A stretch of 64,000 nucleotides of DNA from Camelus ferus (Eukaryota): positions 94,366,001 through 94,430,000 of the forward strand of contig NC_045696.1 of the NCBI RefSeq assembly GCF_009834535.1, read 5' to 3'. Positions 23,336-35,142 of this stretch are shown here, one piece after another. Within the stretch, counting starts at the first letter, position 1. The number at the start of each line of letters is the position of its first letter. The position numbers and the translations under genes are program-made. The notes under the pieces were generated by a model. That model made no database searches and was not told where the DNA came from. It saw only the letters and a list, made by a program, of their open reading frames with translations.

Positions 23336-25985
23336 CAAGAGAGTGATTAATACATATTTCAGGATGGTGGTTCTCTGGGTGAGCAAAGGGGAAATTAAAT
23401 TAGGGAGGAGTAGGCAGAGGGCTTCTCTGACCCCAGATGTAATTATTCCATACTATCCTTTAAACTATACCTGTATATTACATTTCCAGGAATATATGCT
23501 GTAATTCACAAGTAAGAAGCAAAAAAGAAAATGTTAAAGAAAAAGAACTCTTTAGCAAAACATGAAAAAAGTTAATTTGACACTATTTGTGAACTTCAAG
23601 CATGATCAGAAGTTGCTTTAGTTCCTGAGTTGTTTTTTTGTTTTGTTTTGGTTTTTTGTGGTTTAACATATGTGAACAGTTACAAACAAATAAGAACAAT
23701 CCTTCACAATATATTAAGTTTCATAGATGTGGTATCTTGTGGCAGTTACATCATTTGTTATTATTTCATCTTTAGGTTTTTTAGTTAGGCTAGCCTATGA
23801 ACAGAAAGAGAATATAGAGCAAATTACTCTATAACTGCAGCAAGGTGTAAGTTTTTGTTCTGTTCATTAAACTAGCATGTAACTTATTACCAATGTTTAC
23901 AAGTTATGTAAATCATAGACTTACATAATTTTTTTCAGCATAGAAGAAACAATGAACATATCTACCCTATATTTTCAGTTCTGTAACTCTAGAATGGAAA
24001 ACAGTTACTGTTTCTTCAAAATTATTCAGCTTTTCGTTTCGCTATATGAGTAATTGTTTCTAAATTACTCAGAATCAAAACGTTTAATTTTTTATCTATT
24101 AGCCTTTAAGAGGGACTTAATTTTTTTAACTTCCTTTTGCGGAAAATTCTATCATTTTTATAGTGCATTGCCATTTCTCTCATCAGAAGGATTCTCTGGG
24201 GCGGGGGCGGGGCGGGGGAAGCTCCAGAAATAAGCTGAGGAATCACAGAACACTTTTACACGCTAAGTCTGGCACAGAATTTTACACGTTAGGTTCTCAG
24301 TAAATATTGGTGTTAAATGTGTATGAAATCCACATCTAAATCAGCACAAGTTTCCTTCATAATGTATTTGAATAAACCAAAAAAAAAAAAAAAATCCAGG
24401 CAAGAATATAAAGCTAGAGACTTATTTTATTCAAAAAAAAAGTGTCCATTGATTTTTCTAAATCTCAGAAACTTAATATTACAAAATTTTAAAAGGACTA
24501 CTCACTAACATTTAAAAGTCACATGCAGAAAAGTAAAAAAAAAAAAAAAAAAAAAGAATTTAAATCCTTCCTAGAGACTCTGGAGTTGAAAAGATCTGAA
24601 TTTTTGTCCTCGCTCTTTGCTTTCTTGAACACTGATCTTGGGCAAGATATTTTTTTTATCTTCAGTTTTCACCTTTCATCAGGGCATGAAATGAGGAGAG
24701 ATGATTTTCAAACTGTCTCTGAAGCTAAGCATCCTCTATATCATTAAACTAATGGTGTGACAAATGAACTTAGAGCCTAAAAAACCTGGAACTATAACAA
24801 CCTGGGTTTACAATTCTTGCTCCATTTATTAGCTCTAAGTTCTTGAGTAAATTTTTTAGCTTTTATGAAAAATTATGTTAAATATTGTAAGAATTAGGTG
24901 AAACATATAAAAGTTTTTTTTTTTTAACTATTCTGGGAAGATGAGGGCTGAATTTAAAAAAAAAAAAAAACCCTCATCTACATTTCTTACCCACTTTTGG
25001 TCTAGACCACCAACATTCATGGATCACTTCTCACATTGACATTAAACTTGAGATGACCAGGTGAGGCAAGCCTTTCATGCAAGACAAGAAGTAAAACATC
25101 CACTACAGGTGCCTTAATAGCTCTGTGGTTCTCAAGACCCCTGATTCTTGTGAGTTTCTGAAGTTTTCCCATTTGATACTTCTCATTTGGATGTTTCTTG
25201 CTGTCTTCTGTGTAAACTCTTTAAGTCTTAATAAGTCTATCCAGGGTTCTTCGTGCTGTTTTACTCTCACATTTTTGCTTACTTCATCACATCCAAATGG
25301 GCTCTTACACTAAAATTAGAAAATAAATGCTGATGAAAACTGAATCAGGTACAGAGTATGCTCTATCTCTATTGAAATTTCTCTATTGCAAATATCTCCC
25401 TCTAGCATGCTCCGAATGAATAAAATACATCTCTCTGGTACAATTCAGAGAGTCAATCAATATCTGATTAATTTCAGATTAATTTTAGTTGAACCCTTAA
25501 ATCTCAAATTGTGGGATGTAGTCCTATTTAAAAAAAAAATCCATGATTCTGAAGAATTTCTACCCCCTGCCTGATACCTCAGTGCAGTGATTTCCAAAAC
25601 ACAGCTCATTTTGAAGCCCACGTGTCCTATCTTTGATGTCTTTGTCTCTTTTCTCATGAAAAATCAACTGAGCACACCCTGTCTTTTACATGCCACCCTG
25701 AGTTTTCTGTTTATGTCCAATGAACTATGCATACAACCTTTAACACCACCAAGGGCACTAATAGTATCTTGGTTGTGGGGAAATAAACAGGTGCAGGCAC
25801 AACTTTCAGAAGAATACTTTGTCAGTAAGCTTTGTCTTTTACCTGTCTCTTAGCCTCCATCACCTACCTGTGACCTCTGTTCTGCAGCCCCGTGGCCTGT
25901 TTTATCTTTTAAACAAATGGACCTTACTCTTCTTTCTTTATCTTTGTACTTGCTGTTCTGCTGCTCAGATAACTCCTTTATTTTT

Positions 25986-26925
25986 AATTGAAGTATAGTT
26001 AATGGACAGTATTACAAAAGGTACAGGTATAAAATATAGTGATGCACAATTTTTAAAGGTTATACTCCATTTATAGTTATTATAGGGTACTGGCTATACT
26101 ATGCATGTTGTACAGTATATCCTTGTAGCTTATTTTGTGCCTAATAGTTTGTACCTCTTAATCTCCTACCCCTATGTTGCCCCTGCCCCCTTCTCTCTTC
26201 ACTAATAACCACTAGTTTGTTCTCTGTATCTAAGTCTGATTCTTTTTTTGTTATATTCACTAGTTTGTTTTATTTTTTAGATTCCACATGTAAGTGATAT
26301 CATATAGTATTTGTCTTTCTCTGCCTGACATATTTCACTTAGCTTAATACCCTCCAAGTCCATCTGTGTTGCTGCAAATGACAAAATTTCATTCTTTTTT
26401 ATGACTGAGTAGTATTCCATTGTGTGCATATACCACATCTTCCTTATCCAGTCATCTGTTGATGGACAAGTTGCTTCCATATCTTGGCAATTGTGAATAA
26501 TGCTTCTATGAATGTTGGGGTTACATGTATCTTTTTGAATTAGTATTTTTGGATTTTTTGGATATACACTCAGGAGTGGAATTCCTGGGTCATGGTAGTT
26601 CTATTTTTAGTTTTTGAGAAACCTCCATACTGTTTTCCATAGTGGTTGAACAAATTTACATTTCCATCAGTAGCATATGAGAATTCCCTTCTCTCACATC
26701 CTCACCAGCATTTGTTGTTTGTGTTCTTTTTGATGATAGCCATTCTGACAGATGTAAGGTGGTATCTCATTGTGGTTTTGATTTGCATTTTCCTGATTAG
26801 ACATGTTGAGCATCTTTTCATGTGCCTGTTGGCAGTTTGCATGTTCTTTTTGGAAAAATGTCTGTTCAGGTCTTCTGCCCATTTTTTCACTCAGGTTCTT
26901 TGTTTTTTTGATGTTGAGTTGTATG
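25986..26925 (-). mobile_element. 5'-truncated L1 (ORF2 end + 3'UTR)
   Basis: ORF track [13 protein letters not shown]...[20 protein letters not shown] taactcctttattttt / tagctcctttattttt at 25970-25985 and 26926-26941. Confidence 0.92.
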
Positions 26926-26951
26926 TAGCTCCTTTATTTTTCTATAACTTC

Positions 26952-27763
26952 CATATTAATCATGTTTCTCTAGAGAAATAGAATACATATTACATATTTA
27001 TTTACACAATATATATTTTACAAAATACGTGTTTATTAAAAGGAATTGGCTCACACAGATATGGAGGGTGAGCAGTCCTATGAAACATTCCAAGATACGT
27101 AATTGGTAAGCTGGAGACTCAGGAGAGCTGATGGTTTAGTTCTGGTCTGAAGAAAAGCCAATGGTATAAGTTCCAATCCAGAAGCCAGCAGGCTCAAAAA
27201 ATAGCCAATGTGCAGTTGTCCCAGCTCAAACAGGCAGGAGGAGTTCCTTCCTACTCATCTTCTTGTTCTATCAGGACTTCATCTGATCAATGAGAGCCAT
27301 CTACATTAAGAAGGACAACCTGCTTTACTCAACCTACCAACTTAAATGTAGGGGGTTTTGGGTACCATTCACGCTCAGTTTTTAAAAATTGAGATATAAC
27401 TGACCTATAGCATTGGATTTGTTTCAGGCATACAATATAATGATGTGAGATAGATAGATATAGCTAAATGATTATTACAGTAAGTTTAGTTAACATTCAT
27501 CATATGTAGTTACAATTTTTTTGGTCATGAGAGCTTTTAAAATCTACTCTTAGCAACTTTCAAATATACACTGTTGTTTACGATAGTCACTGTGTTGTAA
27601 ATTACATCCCCATAATTTATCTTATAACTGGAAGTTATAATAAGCTAACTCAAATGTTAATATCATCCAGAAGCACCATACAGACACATCCAGAATAATG
27701 TTTGACCAAATGTCTGGACACCTGATGGTCCAGTTAAATTGACACATAAATTGAGCCATCAAA
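26952..27763 (-). mobile_element. MLT2 (ERVL) solo LTR interrupted by an L1
   Basis: aaggaattggctcacac...cagttaaattgacacataaattgagccatca; 5-bp TSD acttc/actcc. Confidence 0.85.
27379..27640 (-). mobile_element. Short L1 3' end inside MLT2
   Basis: aattgagatataactgacc...ctactcttagcaactttcaaatatac; TSD aacttaaatgt / aactcaaatgt at 27339-27349 and 27647-27657. Confidence 0.85.
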
Positions 27764-27924
27764 ACTCCTCAGCTCAAATGCTTCCTCATTGAGACTGTTC
27801 TTTCCTCTCTAGTCAAATACAGTCCATCACACTCCCTTGAGTTGTTTAGAAAATCATTATCCTGCTTTGTATTCTTTAGAGCTCTTATTATCTGAAATTA
27901 CTCTGTTTTAAAATTAACTTTATT

Positions 27925-28170
27925 GATGTAAAAAATGCTAATGATACAATGCAAAGTATGAAAAGCAAGATACAAAATGTACATAATTATTTCAATTAAT
28001 GGTAGTCATCTTATGTACTTATAGAAACAGAAAAGACTGAAAATATATCAAAATGAGCATATTATCTTTATCGTAGTATTCTCGGCAATTTTTGTTTTCA
28101 TTATGTTCTGTATTTTCCATTTATATAATAGCAAACTTATTAACAGAAAAGATAATGAGTTATTTTTAAA
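27925..28170 (+). mobile_element. L1ME4-like 3' end
   Basis: tgaaaagcaagatacaaaatgt...gaaaagactgaaaatatatcaaaatg. Confidence 0.55.
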
Positions 28171-29599
28171 AAGATGTTTGGTTCAAGTTTTCTTTGTGTC
28201 TATAAAATGACCTTTCTCAGATATGTATTTATAGAGAGTACTATTTAGTAAGTGCGTAATGAGAGGTTACATCATTAGTTTTTTTTAAAAATGAAAATAT
28301 GAGAAACAAAGACCTGATTTTGATAACTTTTTTTAAAAAGAAGTTTATGAAAGGTACAATTATTGTACCATATTTAATATTCTATAAGCAATTCTGAATA
28401 TATTATAGGGAATTAAAATTATAATTACATGGATCATTAAAACATTTACAAAGATACAGTTACCTAATGATTCTTTTGCTCGTTATTAAACATGTCTTAT
28501 TATGTCCATAATTTCATAATAAAGAAGTATAGATGTACTTTAAACTATTAATCAACTGTTTTAATACATTTTATACTAACTGAATGAATGAAAAATTAGA
28601 AAAATAAATAGAAAAACCTACAACCTGCAAAAGACAGTAAAAATCTATACATAGGTTCATCAAGATAAGGATGAGTTAAGTCCCCCAAAATAAGAATTTT
28701 CAAAATAATGATTTCTAAATCAGTTGAAAATTTAAAATATTCTCTCACATCTAAATAATGAGTAGTGTAGTTTATGCCAGAAAACTGTTCCTTGATTTTC
28801 AAGACAATTATTTAGGAATACAAGTAAGCATGTATTTTAATTTTGGTTAACAAACAGGAAAATCTTGATTACTTTTCCATACTGTTCTTCAAGATGACCA
28901 ATTGACATTTCCAGTTTAAACTTTAGTTAAGCTGATTTCCAGATCTTTTAGACTTCTGTTTTCTGGCTTATGATCCATATACTGAATGTAAGCAGGGCAA
29001 CATATGTGTGCATCCCAAAACCTTCCATTCATGCCCTGACCTTAAAGCTTAGGAAGGTGACTTGACTGCTGTGACAGCTGCCCACTCCCGGGTCTCCACC
29101 GTGCTGAGCGGTGATGGACAGGGAGGAGAAAGCAGATACCCAGAGCAGACTTTGATCCACCTTCGAAAGGGCCAGGAGTGTCTGGAGTCAGAGAAGCTGA
29201 CAGGAGGACTGGAACAGAGGGAGAGGGGTTGGTACTAGTTGAGTGGATGAGGGAGGATTGAGAGAGGGAAGGGAGAGAGTCGGGGGTGGGGGGCAGAGGG
29301 CATCTGTTGAGCCACATAAAATACAGAGAGAAAGAAGGTGGTGAAAGGAGACTTCAAGGGAGTTGGTTGTGTGAGATGAATGATCCCCTGTGGTACTTTC
29401 CAAGGGCATTCAATAAAAATTTGAATTTCTTACAATGAATTTTTTAGAATGTTATGTTTTGTTTCTTTGAATGTGCAACTGTGTAGGAAATGGGCCAAAC
29501 AGACCACCTTTATGTGGGAGGATAAGAGCTGTGGCCTCCATTTCACAAACTTTTGTATTAAGAGTTGTATAACTTTAAGTGCTAGGCCGATAATCTGGC

Positions 29600-30152
29600 A
29601 TCCAAATACCATCGTGAAACACTATCATCTCTACTTCTAAACATAGCTCAACTCTGACCGCTTCTCATCTCTTCTTCTAGACTGCTGCAGGGCCTTGGCC
29701 ACTCTCCTTGATACCCGTCTTGCTCTCCAATATCGCGGTCAAAGTGCTTCTTTTAAAACGTGAATCACATTACATCATTCCTTTGACCATAACCCCGTAG
29801 CTTCTCTTCAAGCTCAGAATAAAGTCCTCACCAAGACCTTGGAGGCTTTCCGTGAGTGCTTTTCTTTTGACTTCCGCACACTCAGCTCCCTCTCGTTTGC
29901 TTTCACACACCAAATCTGTCAAAAACAAGTCTCTGCCCTGTCATCCCCCATCATTCTTTCAATTCATTTTTTTTTCATAACATTCGTCAGTTACGTTGAT
30001 ATACTGAAATTATATCTTACCTCTTTCATTGTTCTTTGTCTGTATCCTCTCCTAGAATGTAAGCTCTGTGAGGGTGAGAACTTTGTGCACAGCTGTAGGT
30101 CTACTGCTAGACCAATGTGTCTTTCATTCTGAGTTTGGTTGGATGAATGAGT
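29600..30152 (+). mobile_element. L2 3' end
   Basis: ctagaatgtaagctctgtgaggg...ggttggatgaatga; a minus-strand L2 piece follows to ~30370. Confidence 0.7.
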
Positions 30153-31315
30153 GGTTATTAATGCATACCTAAGAAACCTTTCTGTCCACAGCAGTTGACG
30201 GTACCTACAGGTGCTAGGCCCTGTGGTGGGTGCCAGGGATATAAAAGTAGATGGGGCAGATTCTACCTTTGTCACAGGGCTCACTCTGCTAGAAAAGCCA
30301 GAAATTAAATAAAAGAGTAAAAAAAAAAAATCACAAATAATCAGTAACATTGTGTAAGGAGTGTTAAAAAGAATCCAAAAAATGTAAACAATGTAAGTTG
30401 AACCTGAATTAAGCTCTTCCTTGAAATTTCAAGGATGTATTTAAACAAAACAGACTGGTTTTTCTGTAACATTTGCCTTTTTTTTTTTTTCTCTTTGCTG
30501 TTCTCTTTCAGAAAGGAAAGGAATAAATATACAGTGATATCAGGGAAAATAAGGGTTAGAATCATACAGTGTGAAGAGAAAATGAGGCGGAAGACTTGTG
30601 AAAACAGAGAGGCAGAACATGAGAGAAGCAAATATATCATCGTGCGTGGATGGGATGGTCTTCAATTTATCATCTCCACATCCTTCATGGAAGCACAGTT
30701 CAAGGACCTTAGTTTATGAAATCTCCCACTGTTAGCCCCCAAAATGATAGTGGTCTTAAATGCACTAACTAATGACCCCAAAATAATGACTTAATAACAT
30801 AGTACATTTCATCATTTATCAAATGACTTGGAAGATTTAACATAATCATATTGAAGATAAGTGGTTCTCAAATAATTTTTAAAATTGCAAAAACTTCATA
30901 TACAATCATTTCAATATATTTCTGCAACTACCGTTGCTCTTCATTCTTTCAGTTCTGAATATCCCTCCCTTTCCTCAAAATTTATTCTAAATTGGTTCAG
31001 AAATGAAAGATTAACCTCATCGTATATACTTTTCTCCTATTTTGTCTGTTATCAGATGGTCTATAAAAATATAGTCAATTCTTGGCATTCTTAACTGAAA
31101 CTTGAATTAGAAAAATAAATGTATGCATAAGAATAATCATACATTATAATTATGCAATATGCATTAATTTTTTAAGTGCGATATCTAATTTAACTTTGAC
31201 AACTGACTCTAAGTGAACTCCAGCAGCTCAGTGTTTCCTTGACAGTGTCTGAGTGCTCCTCTTAATACGCTTCTGGTTCTGCAGAAGGAAGAACTCAGCT
31301 TAGAAATTCATCACT

Positions 31316-31466
31316 GGGAGGAGGGTATAGCTCAGTGGTAGAGCACATGCTTAGCATGCACAAGGTCCTGGGTTCAATCCCCAGTACCTCCATTAAATAA
31401 ACAAACAAGCAAACAAACCTAATTACCTCCTCCATAAACAAATTTTTAAACTTTTTTTTTTAAAAA
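31316..31466 (+). mobile_element. Vic-1-type camelid SINE (tRNA-Ala derived)
   Basis: gggaggagggtatagctcagtggtagagcacatgcttagcatgcacaaggtcctgggttcaatccccagtacctcca + linker + cctaattacctcc; degenerate TSD agaaattcatcact / aaaaactcatcatt. Confidence 0.92.
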
Positions 31467-33807
31467 AAAAACTCATCATTTACTCAGTATCTGATTAATT
31501 TATTATGATGGCCTTGCTGCCCTTCCTGCAATGACCTCTAAGTTTACTTTCCCTTTATCGTTTTCTTTCTGTGGTAACTTACCTTGCTGCATCTCTCCTG
31601 TTTGGAAGTTGCCCATGCTTTGCATGCCTGGGCTGCTCTCTGGCAGCCGGAGGCCTCTTGCCTATGGGTACAACACACTGTGAGCTTCCTCATTCTGTTA
31701 GATTCTCAGCACCCTGAACCATCCTCCCCCCACCCCATTAAACTATGCAGTCTGTGATCCCTGCCAGCGAGCCCCCAGGGACATCACCAGTCAAGAAGCT
31801 CTCACTTCCTGCGCAGTATCAGGGACAGTTTTTGTCTTTTTCTGATGGGGTCTTCCTTGGATGCCATCAGAAACATATTTATTATGCATTTGTCAAGAAT
31901 TTATCATGTGTCAGGCTCTGTTCTATCTCAGTTAATTCTCATAATCACCCTCTGAAGAAAGTACTATAATCATCGTTTTACAAATAATTTATTTTTTAAT
32001 AATTCCAGCTAAAATTCCTAAGAGTAAAGTTACACCAAATGTCTTGGTAATTGATTTCAGAAGTGACTTAGTACTTCCTAAACTCATGGTTACTCAGTTT
32101 TTGTTTGTTTTTTTCTATTTCAACTTTTAAAATTTTCAGATAGACTTTTGAGAAAAACTAAAAATTCAAAATAAACTTAATGGCCCACTAAAAAATAAAT
32201 ATTTATGGCTTCTTTTCATTTGGCATTTTATTCTACAGCATACTAAAATCAAGTTCTCAATTTAAAAGTCATACATTTCAAAAAAAAACTAATGATGGGG
32301 CTAGATTTAACTTGTTGGAGCAAATGAATAAGAAAACGCAATTTAAACACATGTATAAATTTAGGTAGATTTACAGCCTGATTTATTGCTATGCTAATTA
32401 TAAATGATTTTTACTTATTAGGCAAAAAAAAAAAAAAAGAATGAACCACATGTAGTAAGTCTATTCCAGGTATAGTGTGATTTCAATAGTGAGATTCGAG
32501 GAAATGCTGAATGTTTTAAAATTTATCCTTTGAATGTTTTACTATTATTAAAAGTATTAGCCTTAATTAACAGAATTGAATTTTCGCTATACCCATGATT
32601 AAATAAGATTAAAATTATAATGAAAACAACCACAATGAAATTGCATGTAGTACAAAAATATTTTGGTATAAGAACTCCTTTTTTTCTTCTTTACTTTTTG
32701 TTACCTTTCTCCTTGGAAGCAGTAATCAGCAGTAGGAATAGTTGGTACTTACTTTTCTCTAGGGAGGAATGGCACAGCAGAAACAGCATGTAGCAAATTC
32801 TTGACTTTTGAAACAAAAAGCCAAGGACCAAGCATAAGACAAAATAATCTAAAAGGACATATGATCAGTCCAGCCCTGTTATAAAGTCACTGAGACTAAA
32901 ATAAAGTTTGCTACCTAAAGAGTAGAGAGTCAGAGGGAAAACATTTGATGTTGTTCAGGAAACATACTTTTCCTTGTCCCCCATCATTGGGCAGACTGCA
33001 GAACTTGTGTTGTGGAGAGGTGATAGAAGCCTTGGATCAACTGGCCCTTGGTCTCATCTCCTAAGTGCGTGCCAAGGATAAGGGCGAGCCTTGCAGTATT
33101 CTCATAAGCTCAGCCAAAGAGGAGAATCGGGAGGAACGGCCGTGGTGTGTCCAATAGGCAGCCGGGGGCAGCCTGTGCAACGCAGGGTGGTGGGAAGAAT
33201 AGCAGAATGTTTTCCCACACGGTCAGGAGTAGCACAGATAGGGTTTTGGCAACCAGTAAGGACAAGAGGACGTAAATGTGACATGTATGGGCCAATTCCA
33301 AATTATTTTGGAAAAAGAAGAGTCCTATTTATGCTCTGTACCTCATAGAATAGGGCTACTTGTTGGTAAAAGCTCTGATTCTGTACTTTTTTCCACAAGA
33401 AGCAAGATCAGTCTCCTCTTGTTAATCCCTTCCCAGCAACATCACCCTCCTGCAGTGTCCCAGAACCTCTAGAATCATTAGAATCAATGAGAGTTAGCCA
33501 AAGGGACCTCAAGATTCCAGGCACTCCAAGGACCCTGAGGGTTTCAGAGGTACATTCATAGCTGAAGGAAAAGCACAGAGAGCTTACACAACTTACTTCC
33601 TACTATAGAGAATGTTACAAACCAGCACACTGAAAAAGTTAAAATTACATGAAATTTAAAAATTAGGTTTTATGCGACAAATCTCAACATACTGGCACAC
33701 CTAATTGTGTTGTTTATACCAAGTCAGAAGTAGGCGGGTGACAAATACAATTGCAAATATGCACATCTGAGCATGAACAAGATGCTCACCCAGTATGCTG
33801 ATGACGT

Positions 33808-33833
33808 TGTGTGTGTGTGTGTGTGTGTGTGTG
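33808..33833. repeat. (TG)13 microsatellite
   Basis: Direct reading. Confidence 0.95.
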
Positions 33834-34149
33834 ATACTGTGAAGGAATTTATTTTACTTGATTGAATCTATCCTTTCTGAAGAAATAAAAGTCTAATCCC
33901 TTTAAAGTAGTTCACAAGAACTGGGACTGATACAAAGATGTTTTTATGTCAATTACCTTAAAAAACTTTATCATAGCTTAGAAATAAATTAAGAAAATGA
34001 AGCCTTAGGCCAATTACCAGTCACATGCAGTCATTGGTGTTTTTTCAAGTGCTGTGCCTACAAATGACCCAGAATAGTTTTAAAGTAATGAATGAACAAA
34101 TGAGCTAAGAAATTGAGGTAAAAATGTATATCTAGATGGTAAGCATCTC

Positions 34150-34760
34150 AATTACAGTAAAGGACTATTATTGAATTAAATTTCACACACACGTATAGCA
34201 TAGCACTATGAAATACTGTTGTAGCTACAACAAGAGATAAGCTAAACACTTGTGGAACTTGAAACTAGTAGAGACAGAGGAAATCAATGAAGAGCTGCAA
34301 AACAACATGATAAATGTTTTATTCAAGTATGCTCCAGCAGAAAAAGAGGAAGGAATAACGTAAGATGTGCATGTTCAGAAATTCACCCTAGAACCGATGC
34401 ATTACTGCACTTGGAGACCAATGGTTGGCAAAAGTAGACAATTAAGAGCCTATTACAATTGTCCACGTGAGGGACTTTAGGAGAAGTGGTGGAGGGAAGA
34501 GGGTAGATGTGAGAACAAGTCAGGAAGTAGCAATGACTGAACCTGATAACTGATGTAACTTGAAATGGAGGAGGAGTCCAAGAAAATACCCAGGGTTCTG
34601 GCATGGGCCACTGGGTAGTGTGAAGGAAGAGGGTCAGGTTTCTTTGAGAGGTGTTGAACAGAAGTCTGCAGGACATCCAGGTGGAGCTGTCCAAGAGGGA
34701 GTCATATGTATGGGTCTGGAATTCAGCTACACCTCCTGGCCAGTGGGTAGTCATTTGTTG
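34150..34760 (-). mobile_element. L2 fragment
   Basis: ggaggagtccaagaaaatacccagggttctggcatggg...ggacatccaggtggagctgtccaag. Confidence 0.75.
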
Positions 34761-34829
34761 TATTTTATAGTCCAGAGTTGGAATGTGAACTTAATTAAAC
34801 TTACGTTCTGTGGACTAAATATAAAACAA

Positions 34830-35057
34830 GTATAGCTCGGCGATTGAGAGCCTGGGCTTCAGAGCTAGAGCACCTGAGTTCTAAACCCAGCTCTGAGGCA
34901 TGCTGTCTGTGACTGGAGGACTGTTCCTGAACCCCTCTGAATTATTTCTGTATCTGTGAAATGGAAATTACTGTAATACCCACCATGCTGCCTACCTATG
35001 AAGATTAAGTGATTGAATACATATAAAATCCTTAATGCTTAATAAATAGGAGCTATT
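34830..35057 (+). mobile_element. MIR SINE
   Basis: gagagcctgggcttcagagctagagcacctgagttctaaacccagctctg...atctgtgaaatggaaatt. Confidence 0.75.
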
Positions 35058-35059
35058 AA

Positions 35060-35142
35060 CGTTGGGTTGAACAACATGAAATTGCCATTTTGAAAGTCAA
35101 AAATAGTCAAATATTAGCAATTTCATATGATCTAATTTTATA
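35060..35142. mobile_element. MADE2 mariner MITE
   Basis: ~80-bp palindromic element ttgggttgaacaacatgaaattgcc...gcaatttcatatgatctaa. Confidence 0.75.

Larger units (their letters stand above)
22205..23545 (+). mobile_element. Ancient L1ME 3' region, host to a SINE and a younger L1
   Basis: aaggatgtgaagaaac...cagcaattttacttctaggtatc...acacatgtgcagaagga; resumes after 23340. Confidence 0.6.
25320..27900 (+). mobile_element. L2 remnant interrupted by L1 and MLT2
   Basis: tgcaaatatctccctctagcatg, ctttgtacttgctgttc, ctcagctcaaatgcttcctc are L2-like segments. Confidence 0.5.

Noticed and set aside
28353..28369. Perfect palindrome ggtacaat-t-attgtacc
   Set aside because: Spacing does not fit a steroid response element (needs a 3-nt spacer); 8-bp arms are expected by chance in 64 kb of AT-rich DNA
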